This document shows, piece by piece, positions 37,191 through 49,020 of a stretch of DNA of 51,313 nt; within the stretch, counting starts at the first letter, position 1; every line of letters starts with the position of its first letter. A model generated the notes under the pieces. That model was not told the origin of the DNA. It did not search any database and saw only the letters and a list, made by a program, of their open reading frames with translations. The DNA is taken from the NCBI RefSeq assembly GCF_001194135.2, contig NC_069005.1:34000283-34051595 (forward strand). Direction: 5' to 3'. The translations under genes and the position numbers were made by a program. This stretch comes from Octopus bimaculoides. Lineage: Eukaryota.

Positions 37191-38364
37191 CTGACGCAGT
37201 ACAATCCCTTGAAGAGTTTGCACTCCTCCAACAGCAAAAGAAAAAAAACAAAACAAAAAGAACACATAATATGGTACAAATCCCGGCAACGCAGAGATGT
37301 AGCAGTGAAGCAGTAGAAAACTGCCTGACGCACACACAAACACACACATATGGTGATTACTCCATCTTCACAGATGATTGCTGTCTCACTGAGCTTCCTT
37401 GTTGTCAATCACATTTTTTGACGTTCCGTCTGTGACCTCTCAGATGACAAGGCAGCAGATCAGCATGACTGGAAGGATAGGCGACTGGTTTAACCGGATC
37501 ACTTTGTGAGATATAATCCTTGTGATCCATCATAAGTTTCCTTAGACCCAACATCAACTTGCGAGCACTTTCACACGCTACACTCGTCCAATCACCGGGT
37601 TTAGAAGGAAGGACGTTGCATGCATTTGATCTTTCGTGGGACTACAGATGGTCGATATAGGTAGGTTTGGCAAAAGCTACACATACACACTCTCGCTTAA
37701 GAGACACGTGCACACAGTACAAATCTGCTTTAATGCCACACACTCAACCACATGTTTGCAAACCCCGAGAACTGTCTCACTCTAAAAACAAAAAAAAAAC
37801 CTTTCAATTTATTAACAACCGGTTTTAACTCGAAGAAGTTATATAAATGTCAAAGAAAACATGCATTTATCCTTCGAATACGTGTTTTGAAATGCTATCG
37901 CGCTGATCTGTTTTTGACAATTGTGAATTCATAATTTGTATGTCATAGGCGCGCGCGCGCGCGTGTAACGGTAGCGCTGAGATCTGTCTGTTAGTCCTTC
38001 TCAAAGTATTCTCAGCCCTCGCTACAATAAATATTTCCTCTCCAATTTGTATGGACGATGATTTATTTTACACTTTGTTTTAGAGTCAGTTGGAAATTGA
38101 CAAAACAAAAACATAATCTTACATAATCATACATACATACGTACACGTGCCCAAACACACGCATCCACGTATATATTTACACATATATGCATGGATATAT
38201 ATTCATATATATATACATGTATACACACACTCGGATATTCATGCACACGTACATATATACATGCATATACATACATAAAGATATATATATATATATATCT
38301 TTATGTATCTATATATATATTTAAATATGTATATATATATAGGTATATATATATTTATATATAT

Positions 38365-38398
<34 letters not shown>

Positions 38399-38408
38399 NN
38401 NNNNNNNN

Positions 38409-38445
<37 letters not shown>

Positions 38446-38742
38446 GAGAGAAAAAAAAGAAGGGAAAAAGAGAGAGGGGTTTGTGATATATATATGTATA
38501 TATGTATATATATGTATATACATAGAGAGAGAGCGGATTAGAGAGGAGTAGAGAGAGAGAGAGAGATAGAGAGAGAGCGAGAGAGAAAGAAAGAGAAAGG
38601 GAGGGAGAGAGAGAGAAATACACCGACTCCACTTGTTGGTCAAATCACACATTAATGTCTGCAGAAGGAAGAACCAGATGACGTTTTTGGGGATTTGTTT
38701 TTCAGTTAATGTGAAATATTTAACAGGCTGCTCGGTCAACGT

Positions 38743-38797
38743 GTCGCCATTAGCGACCGTTGATTGGTTGAAATCACTGACTATTCACCGCCATCTT
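38743..38797. promoter_or_regulatory. Cluster of NF-Y (CCAAT) and two YY1-like motifs
   Basis: GTCGCCATTA at 38743, TGATTGGTT at 38761 (AACCAATCA on the minus strand) and CCGCCATCTT at 38788, all in unique sequence. Motif match only. Confidence 0.25.
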
Positions 38798-39027
38798 TGA
38801 TTTGTTTTTCCTTTGTCTTTTTGCAGACATTCAATGACGAGGATTTGCTAACTGAAGTAAACATCATAAATAATTAACATTGTTTGTCATAAAGTTTATT
38901 GTTAGGTGAAGCTCGATGTAAATATAGGATTATAAATATGTGAGTTCTTGTATGTGTGACACAAGTATGTGACTATATGAGAGTATCTGCAGTAGTGAAT
39001 TGAATCTGCGTATCCTCTTGGTCTGCC

Positions 39028-39165
<138 letters not shown>

Positions 39166-39223
39166 GTCTATATACCTGTCTGTCTACATACCTGTTCATT
39201 TATGTATTTATTTTTCGAAGTAC

Positions 39224-39267
<44 letters not shown>

Positions 39268-39704
39268 TCTCTCTCTCTCTATCTATCTATCTCTGTCGAT
39301 TTAAATATTTATCTCCCTGTCTACACACCTTTCTGTTATTCTCTTCTCTATTACCCTACCCCATTCAAGCTAAACACACACACACATACGGACACACACA
39401 CACACACATGCATAAAGGCACACTTATATACACATGCAGGCATACATACTCATACGTTCCTGAACAACGAATACTAGCCTTCTGTCTGTTAAGTGGCCCA
39501 ATATCTTTCTTTATATTATTATATATCTGCATTTCCTTCACTTTAAGTTCCGTGCTAAGCAATGCATTCTTCAGATGGATAGCGTATTTGCTTTCATTTT
39601 TGAGCAAAAATATAATCTGACTGAATGAATTTTTTTACACAGAAGTCAATCATGGAAAAGTCAAAAATTATCTCCTACATATTGTGTAGTTGCATGTGTG
39701 TATG

Positions 39705-39786
<82 letters not shown>

Positions 39787-39787
39787 T

Positions 39788-39995
39788 TCTTTTATTTTTT
39801 TACTTGTTTCAGTCATTCTGACTGCGTCCATGTTGGAGCACCGCCTTTCATCGAACGAATCGACCTCAGGGCTTATTCTTTGTAAGCCTAATACTTATTC
39901 TGTCGGTTTCTTTTGTCGAACCACTATGTTACGGGGACGCAAGCGCATCACCATCGGTTCTCAAGTGATGTTGGGGGATGGAAAAACACAGACAC
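39788..39995 (-). mobile_element. SINE family A, 3' half
   Basis: tacttgtttcagtcattctgactgcgtccatgttggagcaccgcc...cttattctttgtaagcctaatacttattctgtcggtttcttttgtcgaacc...acggggacg...ggaaaaacacagacacac. Confidence 0.88.
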
Positions 39996-40559
39996 ACAAT
40001 CATATACACACATACACACGTATATGTATGTATGTATGTAACCCCTACGTTACATACATATGTATTTCTCATAATCCCTACGTATCTCACTTTATGATAT
40101 GTTGAAGAGATGTGTCATAGATTTAATATGGAAATAACTTGTCAGAAAAAAGTATGAATAGTTCTTAAAAGAAAATAACAAAGAATTCTTTTTGATAATT
40201 ATTTAAAAAACAAAAACAAAACAAGAAACAGAAATTTAAACTGTTGCGTCGTTGCTTTAGGAGTTGGAGATATCCCACGATGAGTATTTAAACGATCAAT
40301 CACAAAGTTAGTTACGATTGCAAAGAACGGTGGTTGTTAATTGTTTAGTTATATTAGCTGTGTTGTGGTGCTTATTGGAGGCGGGAGGAGGAGGTGGTAG
40401 GGGTAGAGGAGGTTGAAGGTGATGATATTTATGCGCTGTGTCGGGTCGGTTGGCGGGTGAGCGTGGTAGGGAATGGGTGGTGGTGGTGACTCGAAGTGTG
40501 TTGAATAATAGAGCAGGCGGTAGAAGTTACAAGAACTAGCAACAATAAAAGCATAACTA

Positions 40560-40622
40560 TAAATAAATAAATAAATAAACAAATAAAATAAAAAGATAAA
40601 TGAATAAATAAAATAAATAAAA

Positions 40623-40652
<30 letters not shown>
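40560..40652. repeat. (AAAT)n repeat
   Basis: Imperfect tetranucleotide run. Confidence 0.92.
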
Positions 40653-40654
<2 letters not shown>

Positions 40655-40871
40655 GGAGTGGAAAGAAAAAATACGGGTAAAAGTACAGAAATTCTTTCAT
40701 GGAATTTTAAACAAGAAGAAAGAATAACATGACTATGAGATGGGTGGAGGTGTGGAAGTGGCGAGGGGTGGGGGGCGTGAAAGACGCTGCAAAAACAATT
40801 TAAATGAATTCAAAGATGCAAATGAAACAATGAAGAAAAATATAAAAGTTATAAGAAAATGTAATAATGAT

Positions 40872-41001
<130 letters not shown>

Positions 41002-41074
41002 GTGAGCAAAGAAAAATAACGATTGATGGGAATATACCAGGGAATAGTTTCATAAAGAATGAATTGGTGAAAAG

Positions 41075-41660
41075 ATGAAGAAAGATAAGGAGGAAGGTGG
41101 GTGGTAGAGTATGAATGTGGGAAGGTGGTAGTGCGATGAAGGAGGAGAAGGAATGAATAAGAAGGTAGGAGAGAGGAAGAAAAAGAGGGAGAATTAGAGG
41201 AGAAAAAGAAGAGGAAGTAAATGGGAAAGGAAAAGAAGATGAAGATGATTAAGAAGATGATGAAGGAGATGATGATGAAGAAAAAGAAGAAGAAGAAGAA
41301 GAAGAAGAAGAAGAAGAAGGAGGAGGAGGAGGAGGAGGAGAATATGAAGATGATGAAGGAGGAGAAGGTGGAGCGGAGAAGAAGAAAGAGGAGGAGGAGG
41401 AGGAGAAGAAGAAGAAGACAATGAAATTAAAAGGCGTGAATAAAAATTAAGATGTAGACATAAAAGCCATTGATAAAGATAGAAAGAAAGAAAGAAAGGA
41501 AGAAATAAAAAGAAAAAGAAAGAAAGAGGAAAGATAAAGAACAACGAAGAGAAAAAAAGAAAGGAAATAGAAAGAAAGAAAGGTAAGTATGAGGAAACTA
41601 CAAAGGTGAATGGAAAAGAAAAGCGAGAACGAAAAAAAGTAAACTAGTTAAAGCGAAAGA
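41075..41660. repeat. Long purine-rich (GA-rich) low-complexity tract including (GAA)n/(GGA)n
   Basis: About 580 bp strongly dominated by A/G on the plus strand. Confidence 0.9.
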
Positions 41661-42345
41661 GAATAAGGTGTGATTGCATGGATGGGGGTGGGGGTAAGTT
41701 GTGGTGGTGGGAGTTAATGGAAAGGTAAGTGTGGTGGGTGGAGGTGAGAGAAAGACATATGATGTCAATTGATTATTAGGATTGTGATAAAGATGACTTA
41801 AGGTGTGTTATACAGAGATGATGTGCGTGTGGGAGATAAATAGATTATCTCTCACTTGTGAGATAACAGTATTTACTGAAGACGTGAGATAAATAGAATA
41901 TTTGTTAATGGATTTGTGTGGTTTTGTATGTTTGTGTGTATGCGATTGTATGTATGCGTTTGTGTAAACGTAAAAATGAATGTGAGACTGAAATCTCCTC
42001 TCCGAAAACGTGGTTCTAGAATCCATCTCACTGTACAACTCTTTAAAGAAGTATTTTCTGCTAGAGTCTCTGGCTGACGAATGCCTTCGAGCGAAATTTG
42101 CTTCTTAGCACACAGCCGGTCGAGAAATCCTTGTCCTGATCGGTCAGTTTCGGCTAATTCTGTAGCCTCGTCAGTAGGGACCACTCGATCCTGCTGATTC
42201 TGGACTTAATTCCCTGTTAGTCCATATGTACACAATCATGTGCTTTAACTACAGTACTGGAACCTTTAGCTCTTATTTCTAGCAATCTAGGCGTTCTAAC
42301 ACTCCAGTCATATATATATTTATCATATACAAAGAGATAACTCTT

Positions 42346-42535
42346 TGTTATTATTCAGCCCTAACTCAGCTGAGATCTAGCAGGCCTATGACTAAATACA
42401 CTCCAGTAATGACCATTCCAGTGATCGTATCAGTCCTGGTATCTAAGGCTACACCGTTGATTCTCGACTTCCTTTTCCTTGAGAGCAGGTTGTGATTTAT
42501 AGGAAATACAGTTGCTATTTTCAGCAGTCATTGGT
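42346..42535 (-). mobile_element. Degenerate interspersed repeat family D (SINE-like)
   Basis: Colinear with 43114-43330: agccctaactcag...cctatgactaaa...tgtgattt...gttgctattttcagcag. Confidence 0.5.
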
Positions 42536-42848
42536 CTGCTCAGTTTCTTTCAAAAAGTTTGCTTTTGGATAAAGACTTGAGGAAGTTCATATCTTAGAAA
42601 TGTAAATCTACAGCATTAAGAATGAAAACGTTAAATACACTATTTATCACATAAACGTGGAATACTTTCATATATCATTGCATGGATATAATATCCTCTA
42701 AATACATCACTTTCTAGCCGTAGAATAATTTCTTCTTCACACAATCTTGAAATACTCCATCACACAATTTCAAAGACAACATTTATCACACGACTGTTAT
42801 ATATATGCCGTCCTTGTATCTCCTACATATCAAACACAGACAGAGACG

Positions 42849-42961
<113 letters not shown>

Positions 42962-43113
42962 TCACACGTAGTACACCCATTGGCGCTGTTGTGTTTATCA
43001 CAGAGTCAACCAAATATTCCATTTATCACATAGCCTCTACATGTCATTATCCACTTCATCTAGTTTACATAACAGCGTTTCCCTCTGAGACGCAACTGAT
43101 TATATAAAACCGT

Positions 43114-43330
43114 GTTTTGTTGTTGTTGTTTAACCCCAGGTCAGTTCTTGCCGAGCTGATCTATGATTAAAGTAAATTCTGGCTATGACAAACCAGTGCA
43201 AGTCTTTCTAAATATACTTTTATCTGACACTGCGTTATGCAATATATCATAAAAGACGATAAACTGTGATGTGAGTGAGATGTAGCTGCCACTTCTAGCA
43301 GATAGAATTACCACATAGTGACTGTCTTTA
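43114..43330 (-). mobile_element. Degenerate interspersed repeat family D with a (TTG)n end
   Basis: ttgttgttgtttaaccccaggtcag...ctatgattaaag...tgtgatgtgagtgagatgtagctgccacttctagcag. Strand inferred by assuming the simple repeat is the 3' tail. Confidence 0.5.
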
Positions 43331-44424
43331 GGTCAACAACACCCACGATAATATATCGCATATTACATAAATATATCACATATTCAGGGCTTGATTAAGA
43401 CCCATCGAGACCCTAAGCCATAAAATAAATTTACATTTTTTCAAAATGAAACTAAACTAACAAAAAAAAAAAAAATGAAAATAATGTTTATTTTTGTATT
43501 TTTCCATTTTATTTATATTTGAAAAGTTTTCTCCTTTTTAGAATTGCAAAGTCTTTAATCAAATCCTCACTATGACACCATGAACACATCAAAATCATAT
43601 TTCCCATCATATACTCTACTCCGAAATTTATTTAACACATTTAAAGTCATTTCTTTTGTGCCGTAAACCATTTACTATACCCGTGGTGTCCCCCGATCCT
43701 TTGATGCCCTAATCACCTGCTTATTTTGCTAAATGGTTAATCCAGTGGTACACCTATTACATAATTATTTCCAGCCTCATTATATAAATTTTCCTAATTA
43801 ATGAGTAGCATTTACACAAGAAATGTCTTCTCAATTCATTCTTAAATCTGGTAATCGTAGTTAAACCTTCTCTCCAATGAAGAGGTCTAAATCAGCCGAA
43901 ACATTCCCAGAGTTATTTCTCCGCTTAGGAAACTCTCGGCTCACTCTTCACTCTTCAGCCCCAGTTCAATCTTGCTTTTCATCAATTCAAACTATGAAAT
44001 TCTCTCCCTTGATTTAGTATTATAATATTCACAATAAAGCTTGATAAGTTATCTTTGTGTTTGAATATTGTTCCTCTTGTTTTTGAACTCTTGTGTACAG
44101 ATGAGTGTCTACGTAAGTGTGTGTGTGTGTGTTTACGTGAGAGCGTGAACCTGTGTGTATATGAGTGAGCGCTCTATGTGCTTACCACAGTGTATATCAA
44201 CATGTGTACGTAGTGAGCATATGTATGCGTGTGTGTGTGTGTGTATGAGTGAGTGTGCCTAGGCGTATCATTCGTGTTCCATTATTTCAAATATGTAAAT
44301 TAGCCACATGATAAACATTAAAGATTTTCTTCTAATTACAATTGTCATTTCAGCTAATTAAGAACTTCCTTTCTCTCACTTCATTAGTATATTAGCCAAC
44401 ATATTTCAAACAGCGAAGTCAGCA

Positions 44425-44637
44425 CAGAGGGCAGAATCGTTAGCACACAGAGCAAGATGCTTAACAACATTTTCCTGCTCCCTATGTTCACAGTTCAAAT
44501 TCCGCTGCGGCCGACTTTGCCTTCATGTTTCGGACTTATTAAAATAAGTACCCTTTTTTTGAACTTTGGGGGTCAATGTAATCCTATAACCCCTTCCCCC
44601 AATTTGCAGGCATTATGTCAAAATTCGAAATCAATAT
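44425..44637 (+). mobile_element. SINE family B
   Basis: ggcagaatcgttagcac...cagttcaaattccgctgcggccgactttgccttcatgtttcgg...aaaataagtacc...ggggtcaatgtaatc. Confidence 0.82.
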
Positions 44638-44660
44638 TTAACTACATTCCATTTGTTACA

Positions 44661-44893
44661 GGGTATGCATGGCGAAGAGGACGTTGTCCCCTCTCCATGC
44701 CAAGAGGAAAGGCAAAAGGGCCGATACAGCTTGGCACTTGTGGCGTCGCATCTCATTTCTACAGCTGAGCGAACTGGAGCAACAGGAAAGAAAGTGTTTT
44801 GCTCAAGAATACAACACACAACCCGATTTGGGAATCGAACTCACTACCTCATGATTGTAAAACTGACGCTCTAACCACTGAGCCATGCATCTT
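44661..44893 (-). mobile_element. tRNA-derived SINE family C (CORE-like body), tail type 1
   Basis: Intact A box TGGCTCAGTGG (44885-44875) and B box GTTCGATTCC (44840-44831). The body ttcttgagcaaaacactttc...ccagttcgctcagctgtagaaatgag resembles the CORE-SINE domain as I recall it. Confidence 0.85.
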
Positions 44894-44994
44894 GCGGGGT
44901 AGAGGCTGTGATTTATTGCTTTGTGTAACACATCTGCAATTGTCTGCTGTTTAACCGAGGTGCAGAAGGGTGCATTGGAAAAATTTAGCTACTT

Positions 44995-45188
44995 GCCGGA
45001 GTAAAATAGTTTAGCAGCGTTTCGTCCGTCTTTGCATTCTGAGTTCAAATTCCGCTGAGGTTGACTTTGTTTTCCATCCTCTCTGGGACGACAAAATAAG
45101 TACCAGTCAAATACTGAGGTCGATGTAACCAACTGCTCTCCCCCCTCTCCCGAAATGGCTGACCTTGTGCCGACATTTGAGACCAATT
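44995..45188 (+). mobile_element. SINE family B, 5'-clipped
   Basis: tttcgtccgtctttgcattctgagttcaaattccgctgaggttgactttgttttccatcctctctgggacgacaaaataagtaccagtc...gtcgatgtaacc. Confidence 0.85.
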
Positions 45189-45227
45189 TAGATACAGCTA
45201 AACATGAATGCACACACAAACACACGA

Positions 45228-45267
<40 letters not shown>

Positions 45268-45294
45268 CAATGCACCTATTGATCAAAGATTTCT

Positions 45295-45343
<49 letters not shown>

Positions 45344-46094
45344 ATGGCCTCCCACCCTCATTGTCTTAGTCACAATGTCTCTGTTATTTCATTTTAACTG
45401 CATACATACACACATACATACGTACATACATACATACATACACACATACACACATACACACACACATACATACATACATACGTACATACATACATACATT
45501 CATATACAACCGTGAATCGATTCCAGTGTGTGTGTGCGAGTGCGTGTGTATATGTGACGTATAATTGAGTCTGGCTATTTATGAGTTTGTCTCTGTGTAT
45601 GTGTTTGAATGCCGTTACTTGTCTCCGCCGCACCTCCATTCAACTTCCATACACATTAAACATGGTTTTATTGAAATAACGGTGGATTTTATGGCTCAAG
45701 CGGATCGTAAAAAACCTCTTTCAATTAAAACAAACATTTTACACTGGACAGGGTTAATTTCAACCATAATCTATATCCCTCCCCCTTTTCCTCTCTTTCT
45801 CTCTCTGTCTCTCTATACGTTTATGTGTGTGCATGCGTGTGTATATGTACGTGTGTGTATGTATGACTATATATTTATTATATAAATTTATATTATAGTT
45901 ATGTGCATATATATACATACAAATATATATGCATCTTTATGTATTATACACACATATATATATATATACACATATATATGCATATACAAATGCATGTATA
46001 TATACGTATATATGCATCGATATATTTGTATGGACATACATTCACGCAAACGAGCACATGCATACACACGCATACACGCACATTCACACACACA

Positions 46095-46130
<36 letters not shown>

Positions 46131-46384
46131 CACACACACATTCATACGCGCGCACATACATGTATGAGACTGCTGAAATAAGTGCGTGTGATGGCAATAT
46201 TTTCGATATTTCACATTTAATAAAATTGTTTCTGTTCTCAGGAAACAAATTATAATATTATATCAAGATTTAGAGTGCATCCTGTTTTAGAATACAATAC
46301 TTCTTAGTGTAGACACTATTGTTATTACATCTTAACTGTACACCAATTTTATTAGAGTCGCCATTCTCAATAATGTTACATCAC

Positions 46385-46564
46385 AGCGGGAATTGTGTTT
46401 CGTCACGGACGGCTACTTATTTTTGTCACCTCCTCTCTTTCGAGTAGTCGTCGCGATACTACGGCGTCAATTTTGCACTAGCTGTAGCGGTATCGAATCT
46501 GGCTTCCGCCTCAGTGTGTATCGGCTGACTGTAAACAGCTAGGATACTTGTCTCCACTTTTATA
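46385..46564 (-). promoter_or_regulatory. CpG-dense patch with a minus-strand TATA box (candidate core promoter)
   Basis: 14 CpG in about 140 bp, TATAAAAG at 46564-46557, CAGTC about 34 nt downstream, and a GGCGGAAG ETS-like motif. Motif evidence only. Confidence 0.25.
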
Positions 46565-46761
46565 CTATAGGACATGCTCGTAGAGCAAAACCCATATGTA
46601 CATATTTATATATTTATAATTAATAATTAATTATGAATTTATTAATTTGGACTTTAATGCTTGCTAGCCACTTATATTATTGTTGTTAAGAAAAAATGTC
46701 AACAATGTTTCAAAATGGAGACAAACACCATTCCTCCATGTGATAAAATTTTTTGTATGTA

Positions 46762-46810
<49 letters not shown>

Positions 46811-46849
46811 ATATTTCCTCATAACATATAGACAAATAAGTGTCATTTG

Positions 46850-47146
46850 ATATGATGAGGGTTCCAGTTGATCCGATCAACGGAACAGCCTGCTCGTGGA
46901 ATTAACGCGCAAATGGCTGAGTACTCCAGAGACACGTATACCCACCGTTAACGTAGTTCTCAAGGATATTCAGCGTGACACAGAATTTGACAAGGCCGGC
47001 TCTTTCAATTAGATATACAATTCATTGTAAGAACTGAGATGACTGGAGCAACGTGAAAAAAAATTTGTTTTGCCCGAGGACAGGAATCGAGTTCATGACC
47101 TTATGATCGCGAGCCATACATCCTAACCACTAAGCCACGCGCCTTC
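46850..47146 (-). mobile_element. SINE family C head plus CORE-like body with a different (type 2) tail
   Basis: Reverse complement reads gaaggcgcgtggcttagtggttagg...actcgattcctg...ttcacgttgctccagtc, then a roughly 180-bp tail ending gttccgttgatcggatcaactggaaccctcatcata. Confidence 0.85.
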
Positions 47147-47417
47147 ATCACACAAGCCGTCGCTCACAAAACATAAGTATGTATGTATAATTAGAGTTGA
47201 TGAAACTCATGTGTCACATGGATGTGTGTTACGGGATACTTGTATTTCACGGAGTAAATTTATGTGAGTCACTGGATGCAGCTCACCATAGAGAAGTGAG
47301 AAGAGAAATAACTCGGAATAACAGAGAAATTTCTCCAGATTTTGCTCACACTTCGCTCATATCGCACTCACACTTCACACTTACTGTTGCCTCTCACTCT
47401 GTTCTCACTTCTCCCAA

Positions 47418-47475
47418 ACTTCGTCCACACTCAGCCTACACTTCGTTCACACCCAGCCTACACTTCGTTCACACT
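47418..47475. repeat. 22-bp tandem duplication (cacacYcagcctacacttcgtt), about 2.6 copies
   Basis: Units start at 47426 and 47448, with partial flanking copies. Confidence 0.85.
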
Positions 47476-47614
47476 TTTCTCAGGAATTCTCCCAATTTTA
47501 TTCATATCTGTCGTTCACTTAACTTTACCAAATCAATTTCTTCGACGTTAGACGAACATGGATTGAACATTATTAAAGCTAAACGTACACAGACACACAC
47601 ACACACACATACAC

Positions 47615-47675
<61 letters not shown>

Positions 47676-47698
47676 GCATTATGTTATCAACCTACTCT

Positions 47699-47729
<31 letters not shown>

Positions 47730-48439
47730 CTTTTCTCTCGCCTTGAAACAGCAAGAGTAAGTCATAAAGTTTAAGGAGAAACTCAATTTTTTTGTCGGAT
47801 AAGTGTAAAATTGGCTGACAAGGAATTTCCGATTAATCCAGAAGGCAAAAACCTACAGAAAAAAAGGTAGAGAATCTTATTCCTCCATTGTTTGCAAGCA
47901 GAATTTTATATAATTTCACGGCAACTTATCAAACTTATTTGAATTCTTGCCAATGATATTAAAGCAGTTACGATTGTGAAATTTCTTAATTTGATAAAAA
48001 CCGTTCCAAGTTGGATTGTATTTTCTTGTAGAATTTCTTCCTAAATCTATAGAAAAACAGAGGTTGAGGGTGCGTATGGGATGTTGAGACGTTGAGAGAG
48101 CGGTGAGTAAGGATCTGGGGTGTAGTGGAAGAAAAGGTAAGGGCCAGGTAAGATTTGAAGAAGAAGAAGAAGAAGAAGAAGATGAGGAAGAAGATGAGGT
48201 AGAAGAGGAAGGAGAAAAGTGGTAAATACTGGAATTAGGAAAGGAACTGCGCATTCTTCTCCACAATATCTACCTATGGTCAATTGTATTTGGTTTTAAT
48301 TGCATTTGCCAGGGCCCAAAACGTGAATCCTTTCATTGGAATTGGTTCATAAGGGGGTGGTGGTGGCAGAAGGGAGATTGGGAGGAGCGTGTAGTAGAAA
48401 GAGGGGCGGGAGTACAGTGGAAGAAGATGAAGGAGGTGA

Positions 48440-48687
48440 GGATGATGAGGAGGATGATGATGATGATGATGATGTTGTGGTGGTGGTGGTGATGATGGTG
48501 CTTGTGACGACGTCGACTACTGTAGCGATGATGATGATGACGATGATGATGCTGAAAGGGAAAAATTTATGAAGCAAATTAGATTGAGAATTAAGGAAAG
48601 GCGAAAGAAATAACAGAAAAGAGAATAAATATGGAAGACGCGATGGTGATGATGACGCTGACGAGTAACCGCAGTAGTTGTAACGGC

Positions 48688-48747
<60 letters not shown>

Positions 48748-48784
48748 TACAACAACAATCATCAGCAGCAGCACCAGTACCATC

Positions 48785-48841
<57 letters not shown>

Positions 48842-48890
48842 GTCATCATCATCATCGTCATCGTCATCGTCGTCGTCGTCGTCGTAGTCG

Positions 48891-48929
<39 letters not shown>

Positions 48930-49020
48930 CTACCACCACCACCATCATCACCATCATCATCGTCAACACCGTCTTCATCATCATTATTGTATTTGTTGTT
49001 GTTGTTATTGTTGTAGTTGT
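48440..49020. repeat. Large compound trinucleotide domain: (GAT)n ... (AAT)n/(CAT)n/(CGT)n/(CAC)n
   Basis: Successive triplet runs; source of the poly-D/H/N/M ORFs. Confidence 0.95.

Noticed and set aside
43384-43750. Possible non-autonomous hAT-like element (cagggcttgattaag ... ggttaatccagtgg)
   Set aside because: Only about 6-7 bp of the putative TIRs match and I found no 8-bp TSD; too weak without a library search.
44820-44893. SINE heads as tRNA genes
   Set aside because: A and B boxes are present, but there is no complete cloverleaf or terminator and each continues into a repeated SINE body.
46460-46510. Sm-site-like AATTTTG followed by a GC stem as an snRNA
   Set aside because: No resemblance to the U1-U12 5' domains that I can recognise, and the motif is too short to be informative.
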